NCBI GenBank assembly: GCA_963764175.1
Contig: CAVXRE010000013.1
Location: forward strand, 193,768 to 257,767
DNA length: 64,000 nucleotides
Direction of reading: 5' to 3'
Source: an uncultured Verrucomicrobiae bacterium
GTDB taxonomy: Bacteria > Verrucomicrobiota > Verrucomicrobiia > Limisphaerales > UBA11358
Of the stretch, positions 44,835-53,118 are shown in pieces (positions within the stretch are counted from its first letter, which is position 1; every line of letters begins with the position of its first letter). A program made the position numbers and the translations under genes. Below the pieces are notes generated by a model. The model did not search any database, was not told the origin of the DNA, and saw only the letters and a list, made by a program, of their open reading frames with translations.

Positions 44835-45764
44835 TCACGGTTTGCTGGTTTTTTCCAGCGAAGCTGCTACATTCCGTTCGCGTAGTATCTGACCGATTTT
44901 GTCCCTCAATTTTTTGGAAAAATCCTCAGCAGCGTCCCTCCGCAAATGCAGTGTGTCCACGAACGACGAATCCGGATAATACATCCGGCCCCAGTCGATC
45001 ACCACCACGTTGGGAAAGGCCGCCAGCCTGGCTTCAAATCCTTTCAGCTTCTCCTCATTCTGAAAATTCACATAGTACGAACGATGGTAGGGTGTAATGA
45101 CCAGAAAGAACAGGCGCTGTGGATGTTCGGTGATGTGCGCGATCAACCGGCGGTTCTTGTCCTCATCCGGGAAATAGCCGTTGGTCATTTGCAGCCGTGC
45201 GCGCACAATGTCATCAAACTTGGCTTGATCAAACGGGTGTGGGTGTAAAAATTCGACGAATCCCCGGGTCACTTTCGTCACGTGGAAGTGCTCGTTGATG
45301 TAATCCTTGAAGTACCAGTCATAATATCCAAAGTAACGGATACCGGGGATAAAATACCTCCATTCCAGCGCATGGAACCGTCTTAATAGTTGCCGAAATC
45401 TGGGGTCGGAAGCAAAAGGAATCAACTTGCCTTGATCGCCCAGGGTGCCGGCATCATGAAATTGCAGTTCAATGACAAGTGGTGTGGTTTTTGGCTTGGC
45501 AAGTTCGATCTGGAGAAGGACATCCGTCACTTCAAAAGAGGTGCCGTCCATGCCATAATTAAAGGTGTTTGAGCCCATGTCCATGTTGTGAATCTTCGAA
45601 GTGCCGAAAATGGGAATTTCATCACCACTCTCAAGGTAAAGATGCTGAATGCGCCCACAATCTGAGACCGGACGCAAGATGATGCGGTGCGTGAACCCCC
45701 AGTCCGCCAGCAGGCAACTGCCGGCGAACACCAGAAAGGCCATGATCCAAGCTTTCCATCTCAT
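44835..45764 (-). CDS. Membrane-anchored SGNH/DltD-like putative extracytoplasmic acyltransferase
   Basis: N-terminal TM (WKAWIMAFLVFAGSCLL), a candidate nucleophile block IFGTSKI and a C-terminal DxxH block (FVDTLHL). The start lies 4 nt after the MBOAT stop. The fold assignment is inferred. Confidence 0.55.
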   Translation of the reverse strand: MRWKAWIMAFLVFAGSCLLADWGFTHRIILRPVSDCGRIQHLYLESGDEIPIFGTSKIHNMDMGSNTFNYGMDGTSFEVTDVLLQIELAKPKTTPLVIELQFHDAGTLGDQGKLIPFASDPRFRQLLRRFHALEWRYFIPGIRYFGYYDWYFKDYINEHFHVTKVTRGFVEFLHPHPFDQAKFDDIVRARLQMTNGYFPDEDKNRRLIAHITEHPQRLFFLVITPYHRSYYVNFQNEEKLKGFEARLAAFPNVVVIDWGRMYYPDSSFVDTLHLRRDAAEDFSKKLRDKIGQILRERNVAASLEKTSKP

Positions 45765-45768
45765 AACA

Positions 45769-47178
45769 TCAGAACGCAGCGTAGATAAAATGTGCCGACC
45801 CCAGGTGCCCAAGGAAGAGAATCAACAACGCGCAGAGCAGTACAAACCATGGCGTTAAGCGGTCTGACGTCCGGTAGTAAAACCAAGCGACGCCAATCCA
45901 AGCCACGATGGCAGCGCAATCCAGCGCGAAGAAGTAAGGTTTGCTCTCGGGTAAATCACTGACAAACATTCCCGACATCCGCAGATGAAACAAGCGGCCG
46001 TAAATCCCCCGGGCTTGGGAAAGACTGGTTGACCGGAACAACACTTGGGTAAGGGCAAAGAAACCCAGCGTGTAAACGTTTCCCGCCCATGCCACCAGGC
46101 ACTGCGGCAGCCGTTTTAGTCGTTTGGCCCGCCACGATTTGGTGAGAAACTCGGCGGACATGGCCAGCCCCTGGCTGATTCCGAACAGCAAATAGGTCCA
46201 AGTTGCTGCGTGCCAAATGCCACAGATTGCAAAAGTGATGACCAACGCAAGAACGACTCCGAGTTTTCCCAACGTGCGTATCCGGATCAGCATCGGCAGG
46301 TAAAGATAGTCCCGCAGCCAAAATGAAAGAGTCATGTGCCAGCGCCGCCAGAGTTCGGTCACTGAAGTGCTGTTAAGCGGCCGGTCAAAATTGGGATCCA
46401 AGCGGATGCCCAAAAGCCGCGCGCTGCCGATGGCAATGTCCACGTAGCCTGAAAAATCGGCGTAGAGTTGCAGCGCATTGAAGCAGCAGGCCAGCAGGAC
46501 CGGCAGTGTGCCAAAGCCGGACGGGGATGCAAAAATGATGGAGACATATTCGTTCAGCCGGTTGGCCACCACGTATTTCTTGAAGAACCCGTATGCAATC
46601 ATTCGCAGACCTGCCAGACGGTCTTCTGCAGTGGGACAGCCCCCGGCTGTCAGTTGCGGCAACAGGCGTTCCGCCCGAGGGATGGGTCCTGATGATATCT
46701 GCGGGAAAAACAAGCCAAACAGGGCAAATTGCACAAAACCCTGGTCCAGTTTCCAAGTCCGCCGATAAGCATCGGTGACACAAGCCAGCATCTGGAAAGT
46801 GAAATAGGACAGGCCAAGGGGCGTGGCCAATCGTATCACCTCAGCGCCCGGTTCATGCCATCCGCACCGGACCAGGATTTCGCCGACAAAGCCCCCCGCA
46901 TATTTGAAGGCGATGAGGACAGCAAGGTTTATGGCTACTGTCCCGGTAAAAATCAAGGTACGATGCAACTGATCCGAAATCCGGCTTAAACTTGAAACCG
47001 CTACGTAATTGAGGCCGCACAGACCGAGCAGCAAGAACAGATAATTTACACTCGAAGCCGTGTAAAAAATCAGGCTCGCACAGAGCAAAACAACAACCCG
47101 CCAACGGCCAGGCAGCCAGGCGTGGACCACGACGATACATCCCAAGAACAGCAGGAAGATAGCGCTATCGAGGCCCAT
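45769..47178 (-). CDS. MBOAT-family membrane O-acyltransferase (AlgI/DltB-like)
   Basis: 469 aa, polytopic, with the signature LWRRWHMTLSFWLRDYLYLP including the conserved His. Confidence 0.9.
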   Translation of the reverse strand: MGLDSAIFLLFLGCIVVVHAWLPGRWRVVVLLCASLIFYTASSVNYLFLLLGLCGLNYVAVSSLSRISDQLHRTLIFTGTVAINLAVLIAFKYAGGFVGEILVRCGWHEPGAEVIRLATPLGLSYFTFQMLACVTDAYRRTWKLDQGFVQFALFGLFFPQISSGPIPRAERLLPQLTAGGCPTAEDRLAGLRMIAYGFFKKYVVANRLNEYVSIIFASPSGFGTLPVLLACCFNALQLYADFSGYVDIAIGSARLLGIRLDPNFDRPLNSTSVTELWRRWHMTLSFWLRDYLYLPMLIRIRTLGKLGVVLALVITFAICGIWHAATWTYLLFGISQGLAMSAEFLTKSWRAKRLKRLPQCLVAWAGNVYTLGFFALTQVLFRSTSLSQARGIYGRLFHLRMSGMFVSDLPESKPYFFALDCAAIVAWIGVAWFYYRTSDRLTPWFVLLCALLILFLGHLGSAHFIYAAF

Positions 47179-47197
47179 GATTCATGGTGCAGGCGGA

Positions 47198-47458
47198 TCA
47201 TCCGCCGCCGGACGGTGATGAAGCCTGTTTGCTGTGGATCAGTGCCGCCAATTCGCCCACATTCTGGAGTTGCTGAATTTCCCCGGCGGTGAATTTGACG
47301 CGGAATTTCTTCTCCACCGCCACCATAATCAATACATGGGTGATCGAATCCCAGCCATCGACGTCCTTGGCCGTAGTTGCTTCCGTGAGAGTGAGTGAAT
47401 CATTATCCAGTTGCTCCCTGAAAACTGCCGTCAGACCGTTCCACAAATTGTCATTCAT
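47198..47458 (-). CDS. Acyl/peptidyl carrier protein
   Basis: About 86 aa from the ATG at 47458. The phosphopantetheine-site context is DVDGWDSITHVLIMVAVE. Confidence 0.8.
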   Translation of the reverse strand: MNDNLWNGLTAVFREQLDNDSLTLTEATTAKDVDGWDSITHVLIMVAVEKKFRVKFTAGEIQQLQNVGELAALIHSKQASSPSGGG

Positions 47459-47564
47459 ATCGTTCCAGTTGGTTATAAGCCCGGCAATCTGGTTGGCTGC
47501 ACGGCGAACACATCGCACATCCTTAAATTAGTTACCGGGTTCTCATGGAGACTGCAATTAATCG

Positions 47565-49331
47565 TTAAGCATTGGTTGCCTCCCGGACTTCGTCCAGCGA
47601 AATATTTAGAGGACGGTCAAAATAACTGTCCACCTCCAGCTCCCACTGGTTGTCTTTTTTCTGCAAGAAACCCAGTTTAGCATAGTGGTCCTTGACCATT
47701 CCATTTTTCAGCGTGGGCACGTATTCGCCACGAACGCGTTTCAGCCCAAGTTCCCTGGCTTTTCCCACAATGGTATTCAAAACAAACTGTTCCATGCCCC
47801 GGCCCAAAACCCTGCAACTCATCAACCAAGTGTCCACAAAGAGCGCATCGCCTTGGATTTCCAATATGAGGACGGAGATCAGCCCGTTATCCCCAAACCG
47901 GTCCTTCAATTCAAAGGCGAGCGTGATATGCGCGGGGGAGCTGGCCAGTTCCGCAATCTGTTTTTCCGTGTAACGCACCGTGCGGAGGTTGAACTGGTTG
48001 GACCGCTGCGTGAGCTGGGCCACGCGGGGGATATTGAAAGGCAGAAATGATTGCACCACCGCCCTCATCTCAAGACTCTTCAGGAAGTCCGTCAGATCCA
48101 CGAACTTCTCACGCTCGGCGTGACGTTTTGCCTCCACTTGATACTCGCTGGTGCGTTGCGCATCCTGCGGCGTGTAGCTCGCAGTTTCGAAAGGATTCAA
48201 CCCGATCATGAATGTCACATATTCGGAGGGATCCGCCGGCAGATCGGGCACGCTCATGGTGGGAAAACTCTCCCGCACCAGTTGCCGCTCGGCCGGATTG
48301 TCATCGAGAAACATCATTGCTCCATAATCAATGTCAATGATGCTCTTGATGCGCCGGATGTTGGTCGCCTTGTCGTCCCAGTTCGCCATGAACACGGCAA
48401 TATCCTCCAGCCGCAGCACCATGTCCGGGTGCTTCAGGAATGGCTCACGGGCGTTGGCGTCGTCATTTTTGCTACACACGGCCAGCACGATGCCCCTGTC
48501 CCGTAATTGCTTGAGCCAGGACTGAAACGCCGTGAAGGCCGGCCCCAGCCCCAGATCGCCAATCTGTATCCGATCCAGCCCGTCGTCCCCAACCACGCCT
48601 CCCCACAAGGTGTTGTCGAGATCCAGGATGACGCATTTGAGAAAGACACCCTGGCGTGCCGCCAGCATCTTGACCACATCCCGCGCCACGAGCGGAAGAA
48701 TGCCCGGAGTCAGGGCGAACTTGGACGTGAAATAAAGTTTCGGGTCAAACAACGCCGTGCGGCCCATCTCCGCCTGCAACGCCGCCAGGTCATAGACGTG
48801 GAAATCAGCCGCCTCCCCCGCTAGCCGGGCCAGTTCCAAATTGCACCGCCGGATTTGGTTTTGGAGGGACCAGGCCACCTTGTTGGCATAGTTTCCGAAC
48901 ACTCCGTCGCCGGGATCTGCCAGATTAAAGAACAGCACCTGATATCCCCGGGCGGACAGGGTTTCGTGCAGGCTGCGCACCCGTTTTGAAAACCCGTCGG
49001 CGAGGGCACCCCGCTCGGCGACCGGGCGGGTCCCAAACTCCACCCCGATTTTCTCCCCTGCCAGATAAATGATGACCGTCCCGGGATGAAAGGCGTGCAA
49101 GGCTGAAGCAGGGTCAAAAACGGCCATCTCGATTTGATCAAATTCGCCCTCGAAAAGCTCCAGCGTAAATCCCAGGTGCCGCGCATAGCCCCGCAAAACA
49201 CCGGCCAGCAGTTGGGACGATGTATCTGCCAGCAAGGCCGCACGTATTTTCGGCAGCGCATCAATGCAAGGTTTTTTGGCGAGCTTCAATAAGGCGGCTA
49301 TATCCGGTAGGTTGTTCAGATTGTCAGACAT
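47565..49331 (-). CDS. FkbH-like HAD-IIIC phosphatase/acyl-loading enzyme with C-terminal GNAT-like domain
   Basis: HAD motif I VILDLDNTLWGGVVGDDG and a C-terminal LMSCRVLGRGMEQFVL...KNGMVKDHYAKLGF pattern typical of the FkbH family. Confidence 0.85.
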   Translation of the reverse strand: MSDNLNNLPDIAALLKLAKKPCIDALPKIRAALLADTSSQLLAGVLRGYARHLGFTLELFEGEFDQIEMAVFDPASALHAFHPGTVIIYLAGEKIGVEFGTRPVAERGALADGFSKRVRSLHETLSARGYQVLFFNLADPGDGVFGNYANKVAWSLQNQIRRCNLELARLAGEAADFHVYDLAALQAEMGRTALFDPKLYFTSKFALTPGILPLVARDVVKMLAARQGVFLKCVILDLDNTLWGGVVGDDGLDRIQIGDLGLGPAFTAFQSWLKQLRDRGIVLAVCSKNDDANAREPFLKHPDMVLRLEDIAVFMANWDDKATNIRRIKSIIDIDYGAMMFLDDNPAERQLVRESFPTMSVPDLPADPSEYVTFMIGLNPFETASYTPQDAQRTSEYQVEAKRHAEREKFVDLTDFLKSLEMRAVVQSFLPFNIPRVAQLTQRSNQFNLRTVRYTEKQIAELASSPAHITLAFELKDRFGDNGLISVLILEIQGDALFVDTWLMSCRVLGRGMEQFVLNTIVGKARELGLKRVRGEYVPTLKNGMVKDHYAKLGFLQKKDNQWELEVDSYFDRPLNISLDEVREATNA

Positions 49332-49501
49332 GAGCCATTTATAGTGTGGTCATTTAAGCGAAAACAGCGCAATTAGACAAATGCAAACTCCACCTTATAC
49401 CCAAGGAGTGTCCCATCGCACGCGTTGAATGGGGTCTTACAATTTGATTGCGAACTTCAACTTTCTTCATCCGCAGAAAGGAGTCCGCATCAAGCTGGTT
49501 A

Positions 49502-50584
49502 CTAGAGATTTACCTCAAAAAGGTTCCTGCCAGGCATGATCTCGCGCAACGCTTCCAGTAATTTCGCTGCGACATCCACTGCCGAAACCGGCTTGTTGAG
49601 GTCGTAAGTCAGGTTGGTGGAATCAGTCAGCATTCTTGGCGGGCGGACGATGACGAAGCGAATGGATTTGAACTCTAGTGCCAGCACTCGCAACAATCCT
49701 TCCACCGCCGATTTCGCCGCCACGTAGTGACTGAACTGCTCCGATGGTTTGACAGTGAAAATAGTTGAAATATGAATCACGATCGCACCCGGTTCCATCT
49801 GTGGGAGAAATGAATGTAAAAGCTTTGAACTTGCCGCCAGCGCGCGCTGAATGAAGTCGAGAAATTCCACCGGCGTCTGTGCCAGAAATTGCCGGGCCTC
49901 GATTTTAGGGAAAGCATTACATATCAAAAAATCCAGCCTGCCGAATTGTAAAAAAAAAGCGTCCTTCATGCGTTTGCAATCCTCTTCACTACTGACATCC
50001 CCCAGACATGGCAGGACTTTGACGGGGAGGAATCGGATCTCTTTTTCCAATTCATGGGCTTCCAACGAACTGGAGCGATAATTCAACGCCAGATTTGCAC
50101 CCTGTAGGGCAAAGGCCCTGGCCAGCACTCCGCCAAAACCACGGGAGGCGCCGGAAATGAAAACAGCCTTTCCCAGCATTTCAGAAGACTCTCCGACCCG
50201 GCTCCGGATATCCGCCAAGCTGTAATGCACCGGCTTGGGCCTGCGAAAGGCGCTGATCTGAAATGAATGGATTCCTGTTCCTGTGCCGGAAGCCGTCACC
50301 AGATTGAAACGGTCATCGTAAGCCATCTTCAAATTTCGCAATTCAAAATCTCTTTCCGACGATTTATTCGGTTCAAACGTGAAATTGAGTTCCGCGAATA
50401 ATGCTTGTTGACCTGGTATTTCCATTCCGACGAAATAGCTGCTCCACAGCAGCGCGCTTAATTGTCCGTACGGAAACTGGGAAGCCCCCCAGGCTGAAGT
50501 TTTTCTCGAAATCCGCCGCTGCATTCCAGTCCGGCTCATAGGGAAAAGGATCTTTAATCTTTCCCAGAACGTCCAGTTTGCCAT
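49502..50584 (-). CDS. Short-chain dehydrogenase/reductase. The N-terminal ~110 aa look like the second half of a double hotdog, so this is probably the 3' part of a frameshifted fusion gene
   Basis: ISGASRGFGG cofactor loop and YxxxK (YVAAKSA). Its 5' 212 nt overlap ORF 50373..51011 in another frame. Confidence 0.6.
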   Translation of the reverse strand: MANWTFWERLKILFPMSRTGMQRRISRKTSAWGASQFPYGQLSALLWSSYFVGMEIPGQQALFAELNFTFEPNKSSERDFELRNLKMAYDDRFNLVTASGTGTGIHSFQISAFRRPKPVHYSLADIRSRVGESSEMLGKAVFISGASRGFGGVLARAFALQGANLALNYRSSSLEAHELEKEIRFLPVKVLPCLGDVSSEEDCKRMKDAFFLQFGRLDFLICNAFPKIEARQFLAQTPVEFLDFIQRALAASSKLLHSFLPQMEPGAIVIHISTIFTVKPSEQFSHYVAAKSAVEGLLRVLALEFKSIRFVIVRPPRMLTDSTNLTYDLNKPVSAVDVAAKLLEALREIMPGRNLFEVNL

Positions 50585-51011
50585 CCCACTCTTTCGCCGC
50601 CGATAACGGCTGGAATATCCCCGGGGAATGGATTGGCGACGGCTGGTCAGAACTGCACTCCCGCCAAGTGAAGCGCATTCGTGTATGTATCTGATTGCCT
50701 TTCAGAATCTTGACCTCCACCTTCTCACCCGCCTCGGATATCTGAATCGTGTAAAGCTCCCCGACAAAAAGCGGCTTGTCAAATTTGGCCCGGACGGAAC
50801 CCAGTTCAAACCATCGGCCTCGGGCCCAAGCCCCTAAAACTGCCAAAACACCACTTACCCCGTAAACCACCGGCCGGCCAAATTGGGTCCGCCTTGAATA
50901 CTCCGGATCGACATGCAGCGGATTCCGGTCTCGGGAAATTTCCCGGAAGGCGGACATCTGGTTGGGCGTAAAGCACAAGTCCAAATTACAAACTGCAAGG
51001 CGACTGTTCAT
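50373..51011 (-). CDS. MaoC-like (R)-hydratase/dehydratase hotdog domain; probably the 5' part of a frameshifted hotdog-SDR gene
   Basis: NPLHVDPEYSRRTQFGRPVVYG is the MaoC signature. The last ~35 aa after the G-run look like out-of-frame read-through. Confidence 0.65.
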   Translation of the reverse strand: MNSRLAVCNLDLCFTPNQMSAFREISRDRNPLHVDPEYSRRTQFGRPVVYGVSGVLAVLGAWARGRWFELGSVRAKFDKPLFVGELYTIQISEAGEKVEVKILKGNQIHTRMRFTWRECSSDQPSPIHSPGIFQPLSAAKEWDGKLDVLGKIKDPFPYEPDWNAAADFEKNFSLGGFPVSVRTIKRAAVEQLFRRNGNTRSTSIIRGTQFHV

Positions 51012-51218
51012 TTCGAATCTTGAACGGTCTTTCGATTAAACACACGAGATCCACCGCTGGATGGCATTCAGTAATAGTTCCCGGTTTATTGCAATTTGAC
51101 AAGCCGCCAGTCAGTTGCAGTAAAATCCACAGGTGCGCTTGTGCGGCTGGTGGAAAGACCTTTCGACAATATTCGTTACAAGGTGCGCAAACGCCTGACT
51201 ATGCGCGCAACCCTGTGA

Positions 51219-51259
51219 AATTTCCCGTGTTGTTGCCGCTGATGAATTTCAGGGATTAA
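51219..51259 (+). repeat. Right copy of the 41-nt direct repeat (degenerate yajQ 3' end remnant)
   Basis: AATTTCCCGTG-ttgttgccgctga-TGAATTTCAGGGATTAA. It translates as KFPVLLPLMNFRD*, against EFPVPVQFVNFRD* in yajQ. Its stop overlaps the convergent RNase gene stop. Confidence 0.8.
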
Positions 51260-52650
51260 ATCTCCGCCACCTGCTTGTATTCCGGCACGATGACGTCGGC
51301 CTTTGGTTTCATTTGACGCAATGTTTCCGCATGGGCGAGGCATTGGGATTCTTCGCCGTGGATGCAGATGATTTTTTTGAGGTCGCCGGAAATTCTTTCC
51401 ACATATTGCTTCAATTCATTCCTGTCCGCGTGGCCGGAGTAGGTGTCCAGCGAAACAATTTTCGCGCGCACCGGCTGCGGTTCGCCGAAAATGTTGACGG
51501 GATTCTGCCCGGCCACAATCTGGGCGCCCAGCGTATTTTCCGCGCAGTAGCCGATGAACAGAACCAGGTTCTTCGGATCGCCGATGTGGTTTTGGAGATG
51601 ATGCCGGATGCGCCCGGCTTCGCACATGCCCGACGCGCTGATGATGATGGCGGGTTCCTTCAAATCGTTGAGTTTCTTTGACTGGTCGGCTTCGCGGATG
51701 TAGGTCAGGTTTGACATGCCAAAGGGATTCGCCTTTTCGTGCAGGAATTTATTGATCGTGTCGTTGAAACATTCCGGGTGCAGGCGGTAAATCTCCGTGG
51801 CATTCACGCTCAACGGGCTGTCCACAAAAATCGGCGCGCGCGGCAGTTTGCCCGCGAGCGTCAGCTGGTTCAGCACATAGACAATCTGCTGCGTGCGCCC
51901 CACCGAAAACGCCGGGATGATGACCTTGCCGTTTTGTTTCAAGGTTTCCAGCACCAGCCGGCCGACGGTTTCGTCGGCGTCGGCGCGCACTTCGTGTTCG
52001 CGTCCGCCGTAGGTGGATTCGATTTGCAGATAATCCACGTTTTCGCTCGCCACCGGGTCGCGGAGAATTTCGTCGTTGCCACGGCCCACGTCGCCGCTGA
52101 ACAGGTATCGGAATTTTCGGCCGCCTTCGCGCACGTCCAAAATGACCTGCGCCGAGCCGAGAATGTGCCCGGCGTCGCGGAACGTGACGGTGACGCCGTC
52201 CACGACCGGAAACGGGCGTTCGTAGCTGAAGCCGACGAATTGATGCAGCGTTTTCTCCGCGTCCGCGATGGAGTAAAGCGGTTCGACCGGCGGCAGATGT
52301 TTTTTCGCGCGCTGTTTGGAGACGAACGCGGCGTCGTCCATCTGGATGTGCGCGGAATCCACGAGCATGATGCTGCACAGGTCGCGCGTGGCGAAGGTGC
52401 AATGGATGTTGCCGGTGTAACCCTGCTTGACGAGGTTCGGCAGGTTGCCCGCATGGTCCATGTGCGCGTGGCTCAGGACGACGGCGTCAATCTGCTTCGG
52501 GTCAAACGGGAAGCAGCAGTTGCGCTGTATGGACTCCTCGCGGTGGCCCTGGAAGAGGCCGCACTCGAGCAACAGCCGCTTGCCGTTGACCTCGATCAGA
52601 TACATCGAACCGGTGGTGGTGCGCGCCGCGCCAAGGAAATGGATTTTCAT
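51256..52650 (-). CDS. MBL-fold beta-CASP family RNA-metabolising hydrolase (RNase J/CPSF-like)
   Basis: HxHxDH (SHAHMDHAG) and a C-terminal beta-CASP His motif (YSGHAD). Preferred ATG at 52650 (MKIHFLGAARTTTGS). Confidence 0.85.
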   Translation of the reverse strand: MKIHFLGAARTTTGSMYLIEVNGKRLLLECGLFQGHREESIQRNCCFPFDPKQIDAVVLSHAHMDHAGNLPNLVKQGYTGNIHCTFATRDLCSIMLVDSAHIQMDDAAFVSKQRAKKHLPPVEPLYSIADAEKTLHQFVGFSYERPFPVVDGVTVTFRDAGHILGSAQVILDVREGGRKFRYLFSGDVGRGNDEILRDPVASENVDYLQIESTYGGREHEVRADADETVGRLVLETLKQNGKVIIPAFSVGRTQQIVYVLNQLTLAGKLPRAPIFVDSPLSVNATEIYRLHPECFNDTINKFLHEKANPFGMSNLTYIREADQSKKLNDLKEPAIIISASGMCEAGRIRHHLQNHIGDPKNLVLFIGYCAENTLGAQIVAGQNPVNIFGEPQPVRAKIVSLDTYSGHADRNELKQYVERISGDLKKIICIHGEESQCLAHAETLRQMKPKADVIVPEYKQVAEI

Positions 52651-52658
52651 GCGGGGAA

Positions 52659-52697
52659 ATTTAACCACGGATGAACACGGATGGACACGGATTTTTT
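52659..52697. repeat. REP-like element / 10-nt tandem (CACGGATGRA x ~2.7) immediately upstream of the RNase start
   Basis: atttaaccacggatgaacacggatggacacggattttt, confirmed by the spurious ORF translation TTDEHGWTRIF. Confidence 0.6.
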
Positions 52698-52700
52698 TCA

Positions 52701-52778
52701 TCGTCGTCGTCCTCGTCCTCGCAATAGAAAAATTCGAGGACGAAGGCGAGAACGAAGAACGAGGAACGAGGAACGAGG
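52701..52778 (-). other. infA-RNase intergenic structure: 21-nt-arm hairpin plus four AACGAGG heptamers (CCTCGTT on the transcribed strand)
   Basis: Arms tcgtcgtcgtcctcgtcctcg / cgaggacgaaggcgagaacga (17 of 21 complementary, 9 contiguous bp at the loop). The heptamers aacgaag aacgagg aacgagg aacgagg lie at 52751-52778. Confidence 0.6.
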
Positions 52779-52788
52779 AGGATTAACT

Positions 52789-53007
52789 TCAGCTATGCCG
52801 GTAGGTGATGCGCGCCTTGTTCAAATCGTAGGGCGACATCTCGACGTTGACCTTGTCGCCGACGCTGATGCGGATGAAATTTTTCCGCATTTTGCCGGAG
52901 ATATGCGCGAGCACCTCGTGCCCGTTCGGCAGGGCGACGCGAAACATTGTGCCCGGCAGGACCTGCTTGACGCTGCCGGTCAACTCGATTGGCTCTTCTT
53001 TGGGCAT
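52789..53007 (-). CDS. infA: Translation initiation factor IF-1
   Basis: 72 aa. [70 protein letters not shown] is near-canonical IF-1. Confidence 0.95.
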   Translation of the reverse strand: MPKEEPIELTGSVKQVLPGTMFRVALPNGHEVLAHISGKMRKNFIRISVGDKVNVEMSPYDLNKARITYRHS

Positions 53008-53118
53008 GATTAAAGGCGGGCAAGTAATGCCAATCGTTCCGCCCAAAATCAACCCCTTTTCCGGCTGAAAATGGCATTGGACATTTGCCGCCAACCCGCT
53101 AGAATCCGGGTGTTCATT

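Larger units (their letters stand above)
44784..51218. mobile_element. Putative integrated genomic islet (no integrase) carrying the FkbH/ACP/MBOAT cassette
   Basis: It is bracketed by the 41-nt yajQ-3' duplication. Hand GC counts on several 60-nt lines give 38-43%, against more than 60% in the flanks. All genes are on the minus strand. Confidence 0.5.

Noticed and set aside
51020-51259. 79-aa plus-strand ORF ending ...LPLMNFRD
   Set aside because: Only its last ~14 codons resemble anything (the yajQ C-terminus). I interpret it as the displaced remnant/att-like copy of the yajQ 3' end, not as a gene.
44784-51259. Integrase, transposase, tRNA or IS ends that would explain the island's mobility
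   Set aside because: I looked in all six frames of the ORF track and in the flanking intergenic DNA and found none. The island call therefore rests only on the direct repeat and composition.
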